This document shows positions 1 through 12,200 of a stretch of DNA of 64,000 nucleotides, one piece after another. The first letter of the stretch is position 1. Each line of letters begins with the position of its first letter. The stretch is from assembly GCF_000143415.4 (NCBI RefSeq), contig NW_003314343.1:186813-250812 (forward strand), in the 5' to 3' direction. Under the pieces are notes generated by a model. It was not told the DNA's origin. It did not search any database and worked only from the letters and a program-made list of their open reading frames with translations. Origin of the DNA: Selaginella moellendorffii (taxonomy: Eukaryota; Plantae; Lycopodiophyta). The position numbers and the translations under genes were made by a program.

Positions 1-134
1 GGGCTCTTGGCCGGGGAGGCTAACTTAGGCACACCGCTAAGTGGGGGGATGCCCCCGGAGACATGGTCAACAAGTCGTAGGATAAAATGAGACGTTCGAT
101 GTGGGCATCGAACTTCTTCTATGGGTGGTGGAGT

Positions 135-1282
135 TGTAAGGAACCAACTCGCCGAGGTGTCGTAGGCTAAAGGAACCCCGAAAGCATAACCAAAATGACA
201 AAGAGTTCATCGGATGGGACCAAGTCGAAGATCGAGTCCAAGACCGACTCTAGGACCGAGTTCGAGATAGAGTCCGGAATCGAGTCCGAGACCGACTCGG
301 GGACCGAGTTCGAGTCCGAGTTCGAGACCGAGTTCGAGACGGAGTCCGAGATCCGAAATCGGGTCCGAGACCGAGTCCGAGGTCGAGTCCGAGGTCGGGT
401 CCGAGATCGGGTCCGAGATCGAGTCCGCGATCGAGTCCGAACCCGAATCCGAAGTCGGATCCGAAATCGGGTCCGAGATCGAGCCAGAGACTAAGTCCAA
501 ATACTAATACGGGTCAAGGGGTGAAAGCCCAAAGCGTGCGTCTCCCAGGGGGGGGGGGCTGCGGGGGGTTCCAAAAGTATAGTAGGGATAGTGAGGTCCA
601 GGAACCAGTTTTGAAGGGACTCTCCAGTTGGGCTTCCAAACCGACTTGAGGTTGGGACTGGGACTAAGGGGCCTTGGGTGGGAGTGAGCATGGACTTGGC
701 TGGTGCCGGAGGGGCCATCCAAGGAAGTGCTCAAGAGCAGCTCCCACTCCCGAAAGGGAAACCGATTGCGGTGCTCCCGGCTCATGTGGAGTGGTGCCCC
801 ACTTGAGTACCATGCGGCTCATTGGTCCTCGCCCTTCCTAGGGGCTTGGGCCTTCCTTCGGGACGGAAGTGGGGGGCGAGAGGTACCCATACCGGGCCGT
901 TAGGCCACGGTGTTTCGCCCCGGCGTCCCGAAGCAAGTGTTGCACTCAAGACTTGGGATTTAGAGGGTCCCATGATCAAGTCTTGTGGTACCAAGGGATG
1001 TTAGGAACCTGGAAGCTTGGTGTGCTTGGCTGCTTGTGCTTGCGGGGAGTGTAGCCGAACCTTAAATCCAGTCTAACCCGGGGAGGGGGATTGGGAGTGA
1101 TTTGGGAATCCGTGGAAGGATGGCTAACACTCCGTTGCTTGTGCAGTGAGTAGCTGAAACCAAGTAGGAGTTGGTACCATAGGCGAGAACCTTGGCAAGG
1201 GAACTTAGCAAAAGCTAAGGCAGTGTTGGACGGATAGACGAGGTAAGCTGGCAAATTGGAAAGGAAAAATTTGTGGCTTACA
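135..1282 (+). mobile_element. Probable 3' LTR of a Ty3/gypsy-type retrotransposon; internal region would lie left of the window
   Basis: Begins TGTAAG (135) and ends CTTACA (1282), a terminal inverted TG...CA pair. Preceded by a purine-rich PPT-like tract (GGGTGGTGGAGT). Its right edge coincides with the abrupt truncation of the FCP1-like reading frame. Flanks (GGAGT / GCTTG) do not match, so it is not a solo LTR. Confidence 0.6.
222..492. repeat. Degenerate hexamer tandem array (GAGTCC/GAGACC/GAGATC/GGGTCC/GAGTTC units) inside the LTR
   Basis: 6-bp periodicity is directly visible and gives the low-complexity ORFs on both strands. Confidence 0.9.
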
Positions 1283-4200
1283 GCTTGCTACCCCTCACAT
1301 GGACCATAGTCAAGCAATCCTCCTGCATTAGGAGAAAGTCAAATGGTAATATTACTCGCGTCTGATCGTGCATCATCTGTAGCAACGTTAATGCATTGTG
1401 GCGCATCATGGATGTCCAAAATCCCAATTGCAAATTGAACCCGGCCCTCTGTTTTAAGTGTCGCATGGTCATTATTAGATCCCGCAGTTTCTCCCGTGTG
1501 ATTAATGTGAATCTGTCTCTTTTGACCAACTTGCGACCGCAGGCTTTGGAGGGTGCAGTGACATTCGAGGACGAGCCACGCTCATGGGAGAAAAGGACAC
1601 CGTTCAGATCAAAAACGATATAGTACCTTCGCCGTGACTCTGAAATGAAATGCGTCAACATAAAAAATGGTACAAGTCAATTTTACCATCTACAATATTA
1701 GCGAATGGTGCTCCCGATGGTCGTTGAGAGGGTTTTGGTCGAGGAAACGTGAAGGGCGGAAATACTCTCCTCTGCAATGTGGGGTCAATCGCATCCGGTG
1801 GCGTGTGGGCACATGCCATTTCAGCTGTAGACTCTGGTACAACTGGCTCAACAGTGGCATGGGGTGGTTCTGATGGCGTGTGATCACACGCCATTTCAGC
1901 TGGTGCCTCCATTGGCAAAGTGGACATGACCGAACAGGCAGCAGGGGCGGTGTAGGGAGGTTCCAACGGCGCGTAGTCAGACGATTGGGCACACGTTGGA
2001 AATGAGGATACGACCGGCTCGGCGGCTGGGGCGGCCTCATGTGGGTCCAATGGCGCCAGGTCACCGTCAGTTGGATACGTGGACAAGATTGACTCAGTGG
2101 TATGGGCAGCATCAAGTGGAGCGTGGTCAACTTGCTTGGCGTTGATATGGATAGTAGCCTCCACCAGCTCTGATGACTCTTGCAGGCAAGTAGAGTCCAC
2201 TGGCGGATCCATATGCATGTCCAAATATCTCCCTTCGATTGAGATGGTATCCTCCCTACTGGCTACTAAAAACAAACTCATTAGCACATTGAATCGACTA
2301 TACTGTATTTACCATCAACTGCTATTGAGGAACTAGGACCGATATCACTTGGGCGCACTGCTGATTCTGAAGGATTGGACATACGTTTCGACCCTTGCTT
2401 GGCACTATCCTTCCTCGACACTAAAGGCTAGAGTTTGTATCTTAATTCAACTGAATAATCTCTACTTACCATTTCTTCTGCGACCTACATGGACAATGTT
2501 AGAAATGGTAAAAGGTTAGGAATGGATGTACTATTATTTACCTGATGGTTTGTCTTGTATGACCTTCCTCCACTGCTCTTTGGCCACCTCAAGCTGGCCA
2601 TCATCGTCATCATCGTCGTCGTCGTTATTGTGATCGTCACCATTGTGAGGACCATCCAAGTCCTCTTCGTCCTCCTCTTCTTCATCCTCCTCTTCTTTGT
2701 CCTCCTCTTCATCCTTCTGCTCTTCTTGCTCATTATCTTTCTCTGGCTCCTCATCCCCCTCCTGCATTTCTTCCATAGGCTGCTCAGGCTGGATGGCTTG
2801 TTCTTCCAGGACCATCTTGGGAAAATCATCTGGCTGAGTCTCCATCTCAAAATACAAGACATCCATAGCCTGTTTTAGTGCGTGACCTAGGACCGTATCC
2901 TCACCCGACTGTCTTAACATGGTTTCTGCACGTTCTTGCACCCTTCGAAGACGACGAGATGAGAAAAACGTGGCCCTGACTTGAAAAGCATCCCTCATCC
3001 ATTGTACCTCTCCATTGAGATTGGGGAAGGGGAGTCCGCCATAGGAATCTGAATCAGGAGGTGGTGACTGGCTGCTTTCACTCTGCCCTTGATCTACAAT
3101 GAATGGCATGAGCACACACGCCATAACCGCGAGGCATTACCTATCATCTTTTCGTTGCCCTTCTTCCTTTTCGAATCAAACGCCTCTGATCCCGATGATT
3201 GTCCAACGTGCTTTCGCTTTTTATGACCACTGTCAGTTTGAGCTTGGCTGGTGCTTGCCTGTTTTGCCTTTGAAGAAGTGTCTCCTGCAAGGAATGGCAT
3301 GAGACCACACGCCATTGCAAATATAATTTGTACCTCCTTTTTTCCTATTGCTTGTCTGTTTGTCCTTCTTCGACGCGCCACCAGTGCGCTTTTCAGTCCT
3401 CGTGTCTAAATATTCACAACGATCTATAATCAAAATGGCGTGAGGCCTCACGTGACCTTACCTTGTGCAGGTTGTGACCTCGGCCTAACATCAGTAGCTG
3501 TTAACGCCGTTTCAGCATCTGGGGGTGGCCACGCTCCTGCATACAGAGCTTGTGAGATAACATTTAAATTTAAAGTGCGTACTCACCAGGTTCGTAGAGA
3601 AGATACTGTTTTTCTTTGGCAACTGTAATTATATGCTCCATTGAAGTCACCTCTTCAATGGAGTTTGTCACCGCAACACACGGGACACCCTTGAGTAGTG
3701 CGGCTCGAAAGAATAGTTCGCCGCAGTTGTACTCGACAACGCATTTGCCCTTGGAGTCACCCGCTATTGCGTTGAAGACCCAGCTGAGCATTTCCCATGC
3801 TGCACCTGGAGCTTTCTTTGGATTCAAAAGCTTCATAGCCGTCTTCAGTTCCTCAGGCACGGGTAAATTGACCTCCCTCAGATCAATTCGATCGGCCTTG
3901 TTGAACGAAGCTGGGAAGTCACTCCAGTCCCACTCTGCTGCAGGACCAATAACAAGGGCAAGTGTGAAGATGCGGACATTCGTCGGTATCTTCTTCTTAG
4001 CCATTATCCCATGGATCTCCCGCATCTCCTTGCCTTTCAACCGAGCCTTCACCTCGTTCAAGGCCTTCCAGAACTTGTGATAGGATTTGGAGTTGTAGAT
4101 CATATAGTGGACTGAAGATTCCACCTTTGCAAGTCCCACCATTAAGTCAATGATGGAGCTGACTTCGTCTACATGAGTGATCTCCTCGTTTGTGAAGTCC

Positions 4201-6103
4201 ATCACACAAAAGATGTTCTTGACCTGCTCATCTCCGCGGGAAACGATGCTCCTCCACCTTTGATCCTCATCTGAATTCACGTGTACCCGGTAAGGTTCTC
4301 GATAGGCCTCTGCTGCGGGGTCGAGCTGTTTCTGAAGCCGGCGGTCGACATCCCTCTTAATGAAATTTGGATACTGATCCAACTTCTCAGCTTTACTTTT
4401 CGTGGCATCCCGCCGCAAATCGATGAACTTGGGGGCCCCCTTCACGTACTCGTCGATGTCTTCATTTGACAAGTTCAACTCTTCCATCATCTCTTGCGTG
4501 GTGTCGATGCTCACCCTCTCCACGGCCACTTGCTCGAAGATCCAATCCTTCAATAGCGCACGAGCTCTCAGAGTCGTGCACAAGTCCTCATATGTCACAA
4601 TATGGCCGGGAGTCATTTTGGTCTTGTTGAAGACTACCTCACCACGTAGAAGAGCATTAGCCACTGTCAGAAGGTTGTCGTCGTCTAGAGACCGCGAGAA
4701 ACGCAAGGCATTGAGCTTCAAATCATTGGGCTTCCGGCCGTCCTCCACACCCATTGAGTTTAGCAACTCCCCGTCATGGTACCTCCTCAGCACATCTACC
4801 CATTTGTCAAAAACAACTTTTGTCGCGAGTAGAATGTTATGGATGCTGAGTGTGTCATTGCCCCCCAGTGTTTTCGAGAGAAGACTCGAGAATTCCTGCA
4901 ATGGAAATGGCGTGAGGCCACATGCTATGCCATATGCAACGAGGCTTACCTGCCAGGCGCTAGTTGTTAGTGCACGTCCTTGTCCTGGTTTTTGTGGCTT
5001 CTTCAGTTGAACCCAGAGCTTCCGTGTTCGTGCCAATGTCTCGTGCAGACCCGATTTGTAGCATGTTTCTTGCTTGACATTCTGCGCGTGGGAGATGGAT
5101 ATGATAGATCGGAGGGGCGAGTTGCCTTTTATCAGGCGGACAACTCTTGTCTTGAAGACTTTCTTCACCTCCTCGCCCACCATAATATCCACAACTATCT
5201 CTTGCATCGCCAAGCTAGAATGCTGCCCGGAGACGGCATAGAACCGGATGTTCTGATCGTCCAACACCTTCCTATTGATCAAGTCTGGAAACCTCATCTC
5301 GCCCTTCATTGTTCGGTAGTAGGGGATCACGTCTGCGATGTCGGGTGTTACTGGACTTGCCAGCATCTTCTGCTTCAGTTTCTCCACCCATTCATCAGAT
5401 ACTAGCTTGTGGTTGTATTTGCTTTGGATGTCGATACGGCTCACGTCGATTGTATATACTTTGTTGGAATAGTAACAAGTACTATTATCTGCGACGATTT
5501 TTGCTGCCTCTTTTTGCTCTTTCTGCTCTTTGCGGCTCTTCTTTTTGGTGGGTGTAGTGTTCGAACCCGAGGCAATGGCATCACCGAGTAGCTTCTTTTT
5601 TGGAGCAACAGAGTCGGACGTCGGCTTGAGCTTGACCACCCTTTTCTACTTCGGGGTAGTTTCCAGATCGACCCCCTTCCGCTTCGCTTCGCGAACTGGA
5701 GGCACTCTCAACGGCTCAATGTTGGAATATAGTTTTTGAACATCGCCGTAGGTGAGGTCCGTGGATTCCATGTGATCTTCATAGACCCGCAGCGTCTTTG
5801 AAATTGTGGGCCTCCTGGACAACCTCTCCCTAGCTCCCTCTAGGAATTCCTCATAGCCGCTGCCCCCCTCTGGGAAGCCGCTAGGATGTGCAAGGTGGAT
5901 CTTGAAGGCGGACGCTGTCTCTACCACAAGTGCCAGTCCATATTCTTGCATGGAACTGCATGGAGTGTCTGTCACTTGGATGAGGATCCCCATGCATTCT
6001 TTTCTCCCACCATCTGTGTTGTATAGCATCAGATCCTCGCCTTCCATCCCGAAAGTCCAACTGGTGAGCTCCTCCCCCTTCTCTGCATCCACATTGACAG
6101 TGG
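1283..6103 (-). pseudogene. Multi-exon gene: ParB/Srx-like domain + degenerate N6A/N4C-MTase-like domain + low-complexity linker + FCP1/NIF-like HAD phosphatase; one premature stop, 3' end cut by LTR
   Basis: Exons (minus): 6103-4950, 4895-3587, 3536-3462, 3405-3334, 3284-3141, 3093-2542, 2484-2470, 2420-2313, 2265-1687, 1639-1283. All introns are GT-AG and 47-57 nt, and the seven exons from 3536 to 1687 are each a multiple of 3 and stop-free. In-frame TAG at 5646-5648. Motifs: IDVSRIDI...FYAVSGQHS...ISHAQN (ParB-like); CVVEYNCGELFFRAALLKGVPCVAV (MTase motif-I-like); YYIVFDLNGVL...GFWTSMMRHN (FCP1-like). 5' exons upstream of 6103 not resolved. Confidence 0.7.
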
Positions 6104-7065
6104 CTGGAAGAAGAACGCAATTCCTCGCCTATTCAGAAATGCACAACAATTAGAGCTAACAGATGAAAAGCTAGCAGCTGGAAATAGCGTGAGGCCACAC
6201 GCCATTCACCACTGCATCAGATGTCTTGAGGCTACATCCTAAGATGGCGTGAGGCTACATGCCATCTGTAACCGGACTGCACTCGAGAGCCCAATCGGTG
6301 CATGCCAATGTTGCTACTGAATGGCATGTGGCCTCATGCCATTTTCTACTTGGCCTAAAAGATTTACCATTTGAAGCCGAATGGAGGAAAATCGAGGCCG
6401 GACTCGCTGGCGAATGTGCACTGTGTGTGCAGCGGATTGTAGCAGCAAGGCTACTCTGCCACTTACAGTTGGAGAGTGGCACTGAAATCTCCCGGGACGC
6501 CAAGTGGGCTGCGTGTGGGTGGCGGAGTGGGCGGCGGAGTTGGCGGCGAAGTTACAAACTGGGTGTGTCTTGAAGTGGACGCCGATGCACACGAGCGCGA
6601 TGCGAGCGCGAGTGTGATGCAAGCACGAGTGGACACCGATGCACACGAGAAACCTGTAGAGAAGGTAGATGAGCGCGAATGTGAGCGTGATCGCGAGTGG
6701 GAGCGCGATGCGAGCGCGAGTGTGATGCGAGCGCGAGCGCGAGTACGAAGCAAAATGCAAAACCTAACCTCACATGCGCGAAATGTCACAACGGTTGGTA
6801 ATCCCGCCACGTCATCATTCCTCGGACTTGGGCGCCACCATTAATTTCTGGATTGCCGCGCGCATGCAAGCACGCAAAATCCAAAAGAAATCCGCAACGT
6901 CATCATTCCTCAGACTGCATGCACGCGAAATCCAAAAGAAAGATCATGATTGGGATATCATTTAATACCCTCGCTATATTTATACCATGCATGATTGGAT
7001 ATTCCAAAGCATCTTGTATTTCCAAAAATGGCAGATGTTCAGCTAAATAAAGAAATTCTATCTGT

Positions 7066-8418
7066 TTCTATTTTTCTCTCAAATCAATATTATAGCGTGT
7101 GGGCTCATGCAATTTTGAACCAAAGAAACCCAAAAAACGTTGGACCCAAAATATTTTGAAAAAACACAAAAAACCCTAAACATTTTAAACCCAAAAATCC
7201 AGGCGTCCTATGGCGTTATTCCTTGAATGGCGTGTGGGCACATGCCATTTTCAGGGCCAAATGCTGAATGGAGAAAAATTCCCTTTCAGTGCAAATGCTG
7301 CAAGAGGCAAATGCCGAGCACAAAGGACTGTAACTACCTCACATGACACAGATAAACTTTTCTCTATTTGGCAAAAATAAACTTTATAGCATGTGGGCTC
7401 ATGCAATTTTGAACCCAAAAAATGCACCAAAAAATTCTCGGCGTCATCTGGCGTTATCTCTTGAATGGCGTGGGGCCGCATGCCATTTTCAGGGGCACAT
7501 AGGAGTATATTCCTAGAATATTCTGACACGCGCGAGATTTTTTTGAGTTTTCTGGAGATCCAACTGTTAGATCGCAACTAGATTTTACAGAATGGTATAC
7601 AATGTCTTTCTTGATGACCCTGCAAAGAAGCATCTCGATCGGACACCACATGAGACCACACGAGCCTTACAATGTTTCAGGGGCATTTGCCATAGATCCG
7701 ACCGTTATTTTGCTCCAAGATTTTACAGTTTGGTGTGCATTGACCTTTCCATCGACACTGCAAAGGGACATCACAATCAGATGCGGGATCACAAGAAACT
7801 AACTTCACTAACTCTGGTTTCACCAAGATCTACGTAAAGAGTTATGAAATGAAAGGACCCTTTCTATTGAAATGTGTTTATGGTCCTAGGGGCATTGTGA
7901 CATATCAAAGGATTTTGCATCAAGTTTTGTATTTGCATGTTTATCAAGCTACTGAATTGCTAAACCCTAAACCCTAAACCCTAAACATGTGGCAAATGCT
8001 GCGTGAAGAAAGATGCCCTTTCTGGGCAAATGCTGTAAGAGGCAGATGCCAAGCAGATGTATCTCAGGCTAGCGAAGGGGACAAATGAAAGCTAGCTATA
8101 AACATGACGAGATGCAAATAGATTACTAGGCTGGTCCTACGAAAATCAAAAACCATAATTGAAAACATTGAAAATGCAAAAAGAAAGGTTTATAATATTT
8201 TTGAATTTTAAGCAACCAAAGGAATGTAAGTAGGGCATGTGTTTGTAAGTTTAAAAATGCCTCAACCACTTAAATTCCCAAGTAAATAAAGCTGTTTCTA
8301 TTTTTGGTACAGGTAAACTTTATAGCGTGTGGGCTCATGCAATTTTGAACCCAAAAATGCACCAAAAAATGCTCGACTAGCATTATTCTTTGAATGGCGT
8401 GTGGCCTTATATTGCCAT
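7066..8418 (+). repeat. Three direct repeats of a 120-190 bp unit (about 7066-7250, 7360-7495, 8295-8418), each with two palindrome copies
   Basis: Shared core TTATAGCRTGTGGGCTCATGCAATTTTGAACC...TTGAATGGCGTG in all three. Confidence 0.85.
7960..7986 (+). repeat. Short interstitial plant telomere-type repeat (CCCTAAA)x3 / telo-box cluster
   Basis: CTAAACCCTAAACCCTAAACCCTAAAC read directly. Confidence 0.85.
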
Positions 8419-9250
8419 AAATGGACGTACACACACAGCATAATTATTCCTTTACACGGCGAATAATCTTGGCGCGGATCGCTGACATAGCATGGCAAAG
8501 TTCGAATCACTGACATGGCACAGCTGGATCGAGGCAAGGACATGATGTGACAAAGTTTAACCTCCGACAGCAAAGTCTAGAAGCTACTCAGTTTGAAATT
8601 TGTCAGAGGAATCATAAGATCTGGTTTGTCAGAGGATTTGATGTGACGTTCAAGCGTGTGTTATTTTTGAATTCTCGAACTCATTCCTAGGTCTATCATT
8701 TTTGTGCGCCGTGTTCTTGGTTCCGCTGAGCGCAGTGAGCACTGCTTGTGTAAGCGGCGTTGTGGGCTGTGGTTTATGCGTCTACGAGCGGTTGCAGCAT
8801 TGCGAGCGCCATTGCGAGCGGCAGTTTATGCGAGTGGCAGTTTGTGAGAGCGGCGCTACAAGTAGTTGCGGTGTTGCGAGCGGCACTGTCTTTGGTGTGG
8901 CTACCGCTTCCTCTTGATATTCGGCATTTGTGCTTCCTGGTATGTTCACCATGGAATGGCTTAGGACCACATTTAGAAATGGCATGAGGCCACATACCAT
9001 CTTGGGCCCTTGCAATTTCATGGCTAGCGTATTGTCATGTATGTTTTTACTTGCCTGCAGCTGTGTGTATATCAAGATGGCATGAGGCCTCATGCCAATT
9101 TTGTGAATGCGAAATTTCACGTGGGTGTCAATAGCATGTTTGAATAATGGCATGTGGCCTCATGCTATTGAGGTTGTTTGGTATGTTATGATTTAGGCCA
9201 TTCTCCAATCATTTTTTGTATTGTCTTAATTTCTTTTCTGCACTTTCAGA

Positions 9251-12200
9251 ATGGCCTTCAGGGTTGGGGAAAAGGTTTACATTTTGAATGGTGGGAAGAG
9301 AGTTGCAAAAGGGACCCTTGTGTCTATGGATCGGAACTTTGTTATACACTGTCAAAGGCTTGGGGAAGGCAATGCTGCTGTATCAGTAGAGACTGTCTTC
9401 GATGGGAATGTGGTCGCTATTGAACGAGGAGAGATGGTCGTCGGGGTAAATGTTGTTGTTGCCTTGAAAAATCTTCAGAAGAAAGCAGATGTTGGGGACA
9501 GCGCAAGTGCGACGCATGTTCCCTCCGTGGATCTTAAGAACCGTGCTACATGGATTCAGGCGAAGGTGTTTCTAAACAACCCTAAGGGGGAGGTGGTAGC
9601 TGAGGGCTTAGCCACAGTTGTCGATCCAAGAGATGCGGTTGCTAATCAAGAATTGGGCTGGGATGATATTGGAGTTGCGATTTTAGAGGTTGTTGACACA
9701 GAAGAAAACAGTCTGACTATTGGAAGCATTGTGCGGTGGAAATTGAGGCACTTAGTGTTTGAGAATGTGAAGGATTCACAATCAAACACCACTACAACTG
9801 ATGACAGAACATCTCTTCATGGGAAAAGAAAGTACACCTTCCTAAAGCGCAGCCAAAGGGATCTGAGCAACGAACCGAAAAGACAGAAAATGGCGATGGA
9901 GGTTCGAATGGTCTCGACAGTTGCTTGTTGCAAGAGGAGGTGCTGTCAACATGCTGATTGGGATGCTATTGAAGAGGAGAGAGCAAGATACAAGACATTG
10001 TCCTGGAAGGCAGCTCGCAATTTTGTGTATGAGGCATTACGGTTATCTGTTGATGCTTCAGAACATCAGGTGGGGGGCATGGTCTTCTAGAGGGGTTTGG
10101 TCTGCATGAAGGCATGGAGAATCATTTATGGAGTCCCTCGAACCACATTCTACAGAATCAAAACTGAGTTCGAGGAACAAAGGGTTCAACAGGCAGTCCA
10201 TGGGAACGACGGTACGCACAAAACCAAGGGTCATGTTGTATATGGAGAGGCAATCTTCAAGAGGTTTGTCGAGACATGTAGCGAGCAGCAACCACATAAA
10301 ACCTGCCTCTTGGAAGATGGAACACGAGACACCCAACAAGTTCTCCCTTCCATGTATACCAAGGGGGCCATATTGGAAGATGTGAATCGAGAACTCCAGA
10401 GTAATGGCTACAGGAAGCTGAGCCAATCTAGATTTAGTAGATTGTGGAGCAACAGGTTCAGGGATGTGAGTATAGGAAAGTACTCCAGCTTTTCAAAGTG
10501 TGACGAGTGCACTGCTATCAAAATGGCTTTGTCGAAGAATTCTTGCAGCGCTCAAGAGCGAGAGACGTTGGTTAGAAGGCGGCTCGACCACAACATCGAG
10601 CAGAGAAGCTGCAAGACTGCGTATTATCATAACAGGATTCTCTCCATGGAGAGACCTGACTCTTACCTCTGCATCATCCACGACAAAATGGACCAGAAAA
10701 AGACGTGCTTACCTCGACTCAATCCTACCCCCAAGGCAATCTCTTCATCCATGCAGCTGCCTGTGTCTCTGTTTGGCATAATCGCTCATGGGCATGGTGC
10801 CCAGAACTATGGGAACTTCTTTGTACCTCTATGGGGTGGCGGGGGTGCAAACATGATGATTGCGTCCCTAGCAAAACACTTAAGGTCTCTGCAAAGTGTG
10901 CAGACTGAGCTGAACGGCCAACCCTTGCATAAGGCCCTTGTCGATCGAACCCCATACAGGGTTCAGCTGGAGGAGGAGCAAAGGCTTGCAGTATCGTGTG
11001 GGGCCCCATGCCATCCCAATGAATATGTTGGCCGTCAGATTGTAGGGTATCACGTGAGGCCTCATGCCATTCCAACAAGGCTGGTCGCCCGGTGAATGCA
11101 CAGCCTCATCCAAACGAAGCAGAATCTCAAGGAAGTTCTTGCGGCCGATGTGGCCTTCCACCCCATCTTCTGCTCTAAACAGACAATGCTGGCAGTGAGA
11201 ACAAAAACATGTACGTCTTCGCGTACTTGGCGATGCTTGTTGCCAAAGGCATATTTGAAACGGTTACACTTGGCTTTCTCATGGTTGGGCACACTCATGA
11301 AGACGTCGATGCCATGTTCAGTCACCTGGCAGAGTCCCTCCGGCGATCCAATGTCCTCACCCTCCCACAACTCTACGATGAATTCCAAAATTGCATCAAA
11401 GGCACTGTTGAAGCTGCACTTCTGACAGAGGTTCCAGACTTTAAGGGGTTTGTAAGAGGCTACATCAGGGACGGATCCGAAATGCTGATTGGCCACTCCA
11501 AGCCTCTTCAGTTTCATTTCAGCATGTGTGACGGTGCTCCAGTGATGAGGTACAAGATGAGAGAATAGGACACAGTGTGGCTGCTAATGGACGGCATTGA
11601 ACTCTTCAAGAGAGATCCCATAACTGGGGAACCTATGATTCCTCAGGGTTCCCCACGGCCGATGCACCCGAATGGACTCAAAGACCAGGAAAGTATAGTG
11701 GCCGGGATTAGACAGCATATTGCCTTCTGGAAGAGGGGGTTGGTGTTTGGTGGAGAATCCTATTTTCAGAGGTGCAAGCCTTTGCTCGAATACTGGGAGA
11801 AGATTATATCTGCTATCCAAAATGGGCCGGTTGTATATGAAGAATTGGAAGAGTCCTTTTGGCCAGAACCTAGAGCACCAGATAGTAGCGGAACAATGTC
11901 CTCTGGAAATGCAGTGACAGATAACGATGTTGAGGATCACTATTGTGGGCCGAGGAACAAGAAGCCGGATTCAGCATTCAATCCAGTACAGGTCTGCAAA
12001 GGAATGGTTGTGCTTGTCAGACCCAGTAATAAAAAACAAATGATATGGGTGGGGCGCTGCATCACTGATGCAGAGGAGGACGCGGAAACTAACTCCTTCA
12101 ATGTAACTGTGGAGTGGTTCAAGCCAAGTTCCGGATATACGAAGGATTGCCTAGAAAAGAGATGGGTGCTGAATCCAAGGGATCCTAGCATGAGCATATC

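Noticed and set aside
195-500. ORFs on both strands (ETESE/RVRD and SDPI repeats)
   Set aside because: By-products of a stop-free hexamer tandem array within the LTR.
2555-2878. Very hydrophobic plus-strand ORF as a membrane protein
   Set aside because: It is the antisense of the Asp/Glu-rich exon on the minus strand.
7960-7986. True telomere or chromosome fusion site
   Set aside because: Only about 3.5 units; such telo-box clusters are common in plant promoters and TEs.
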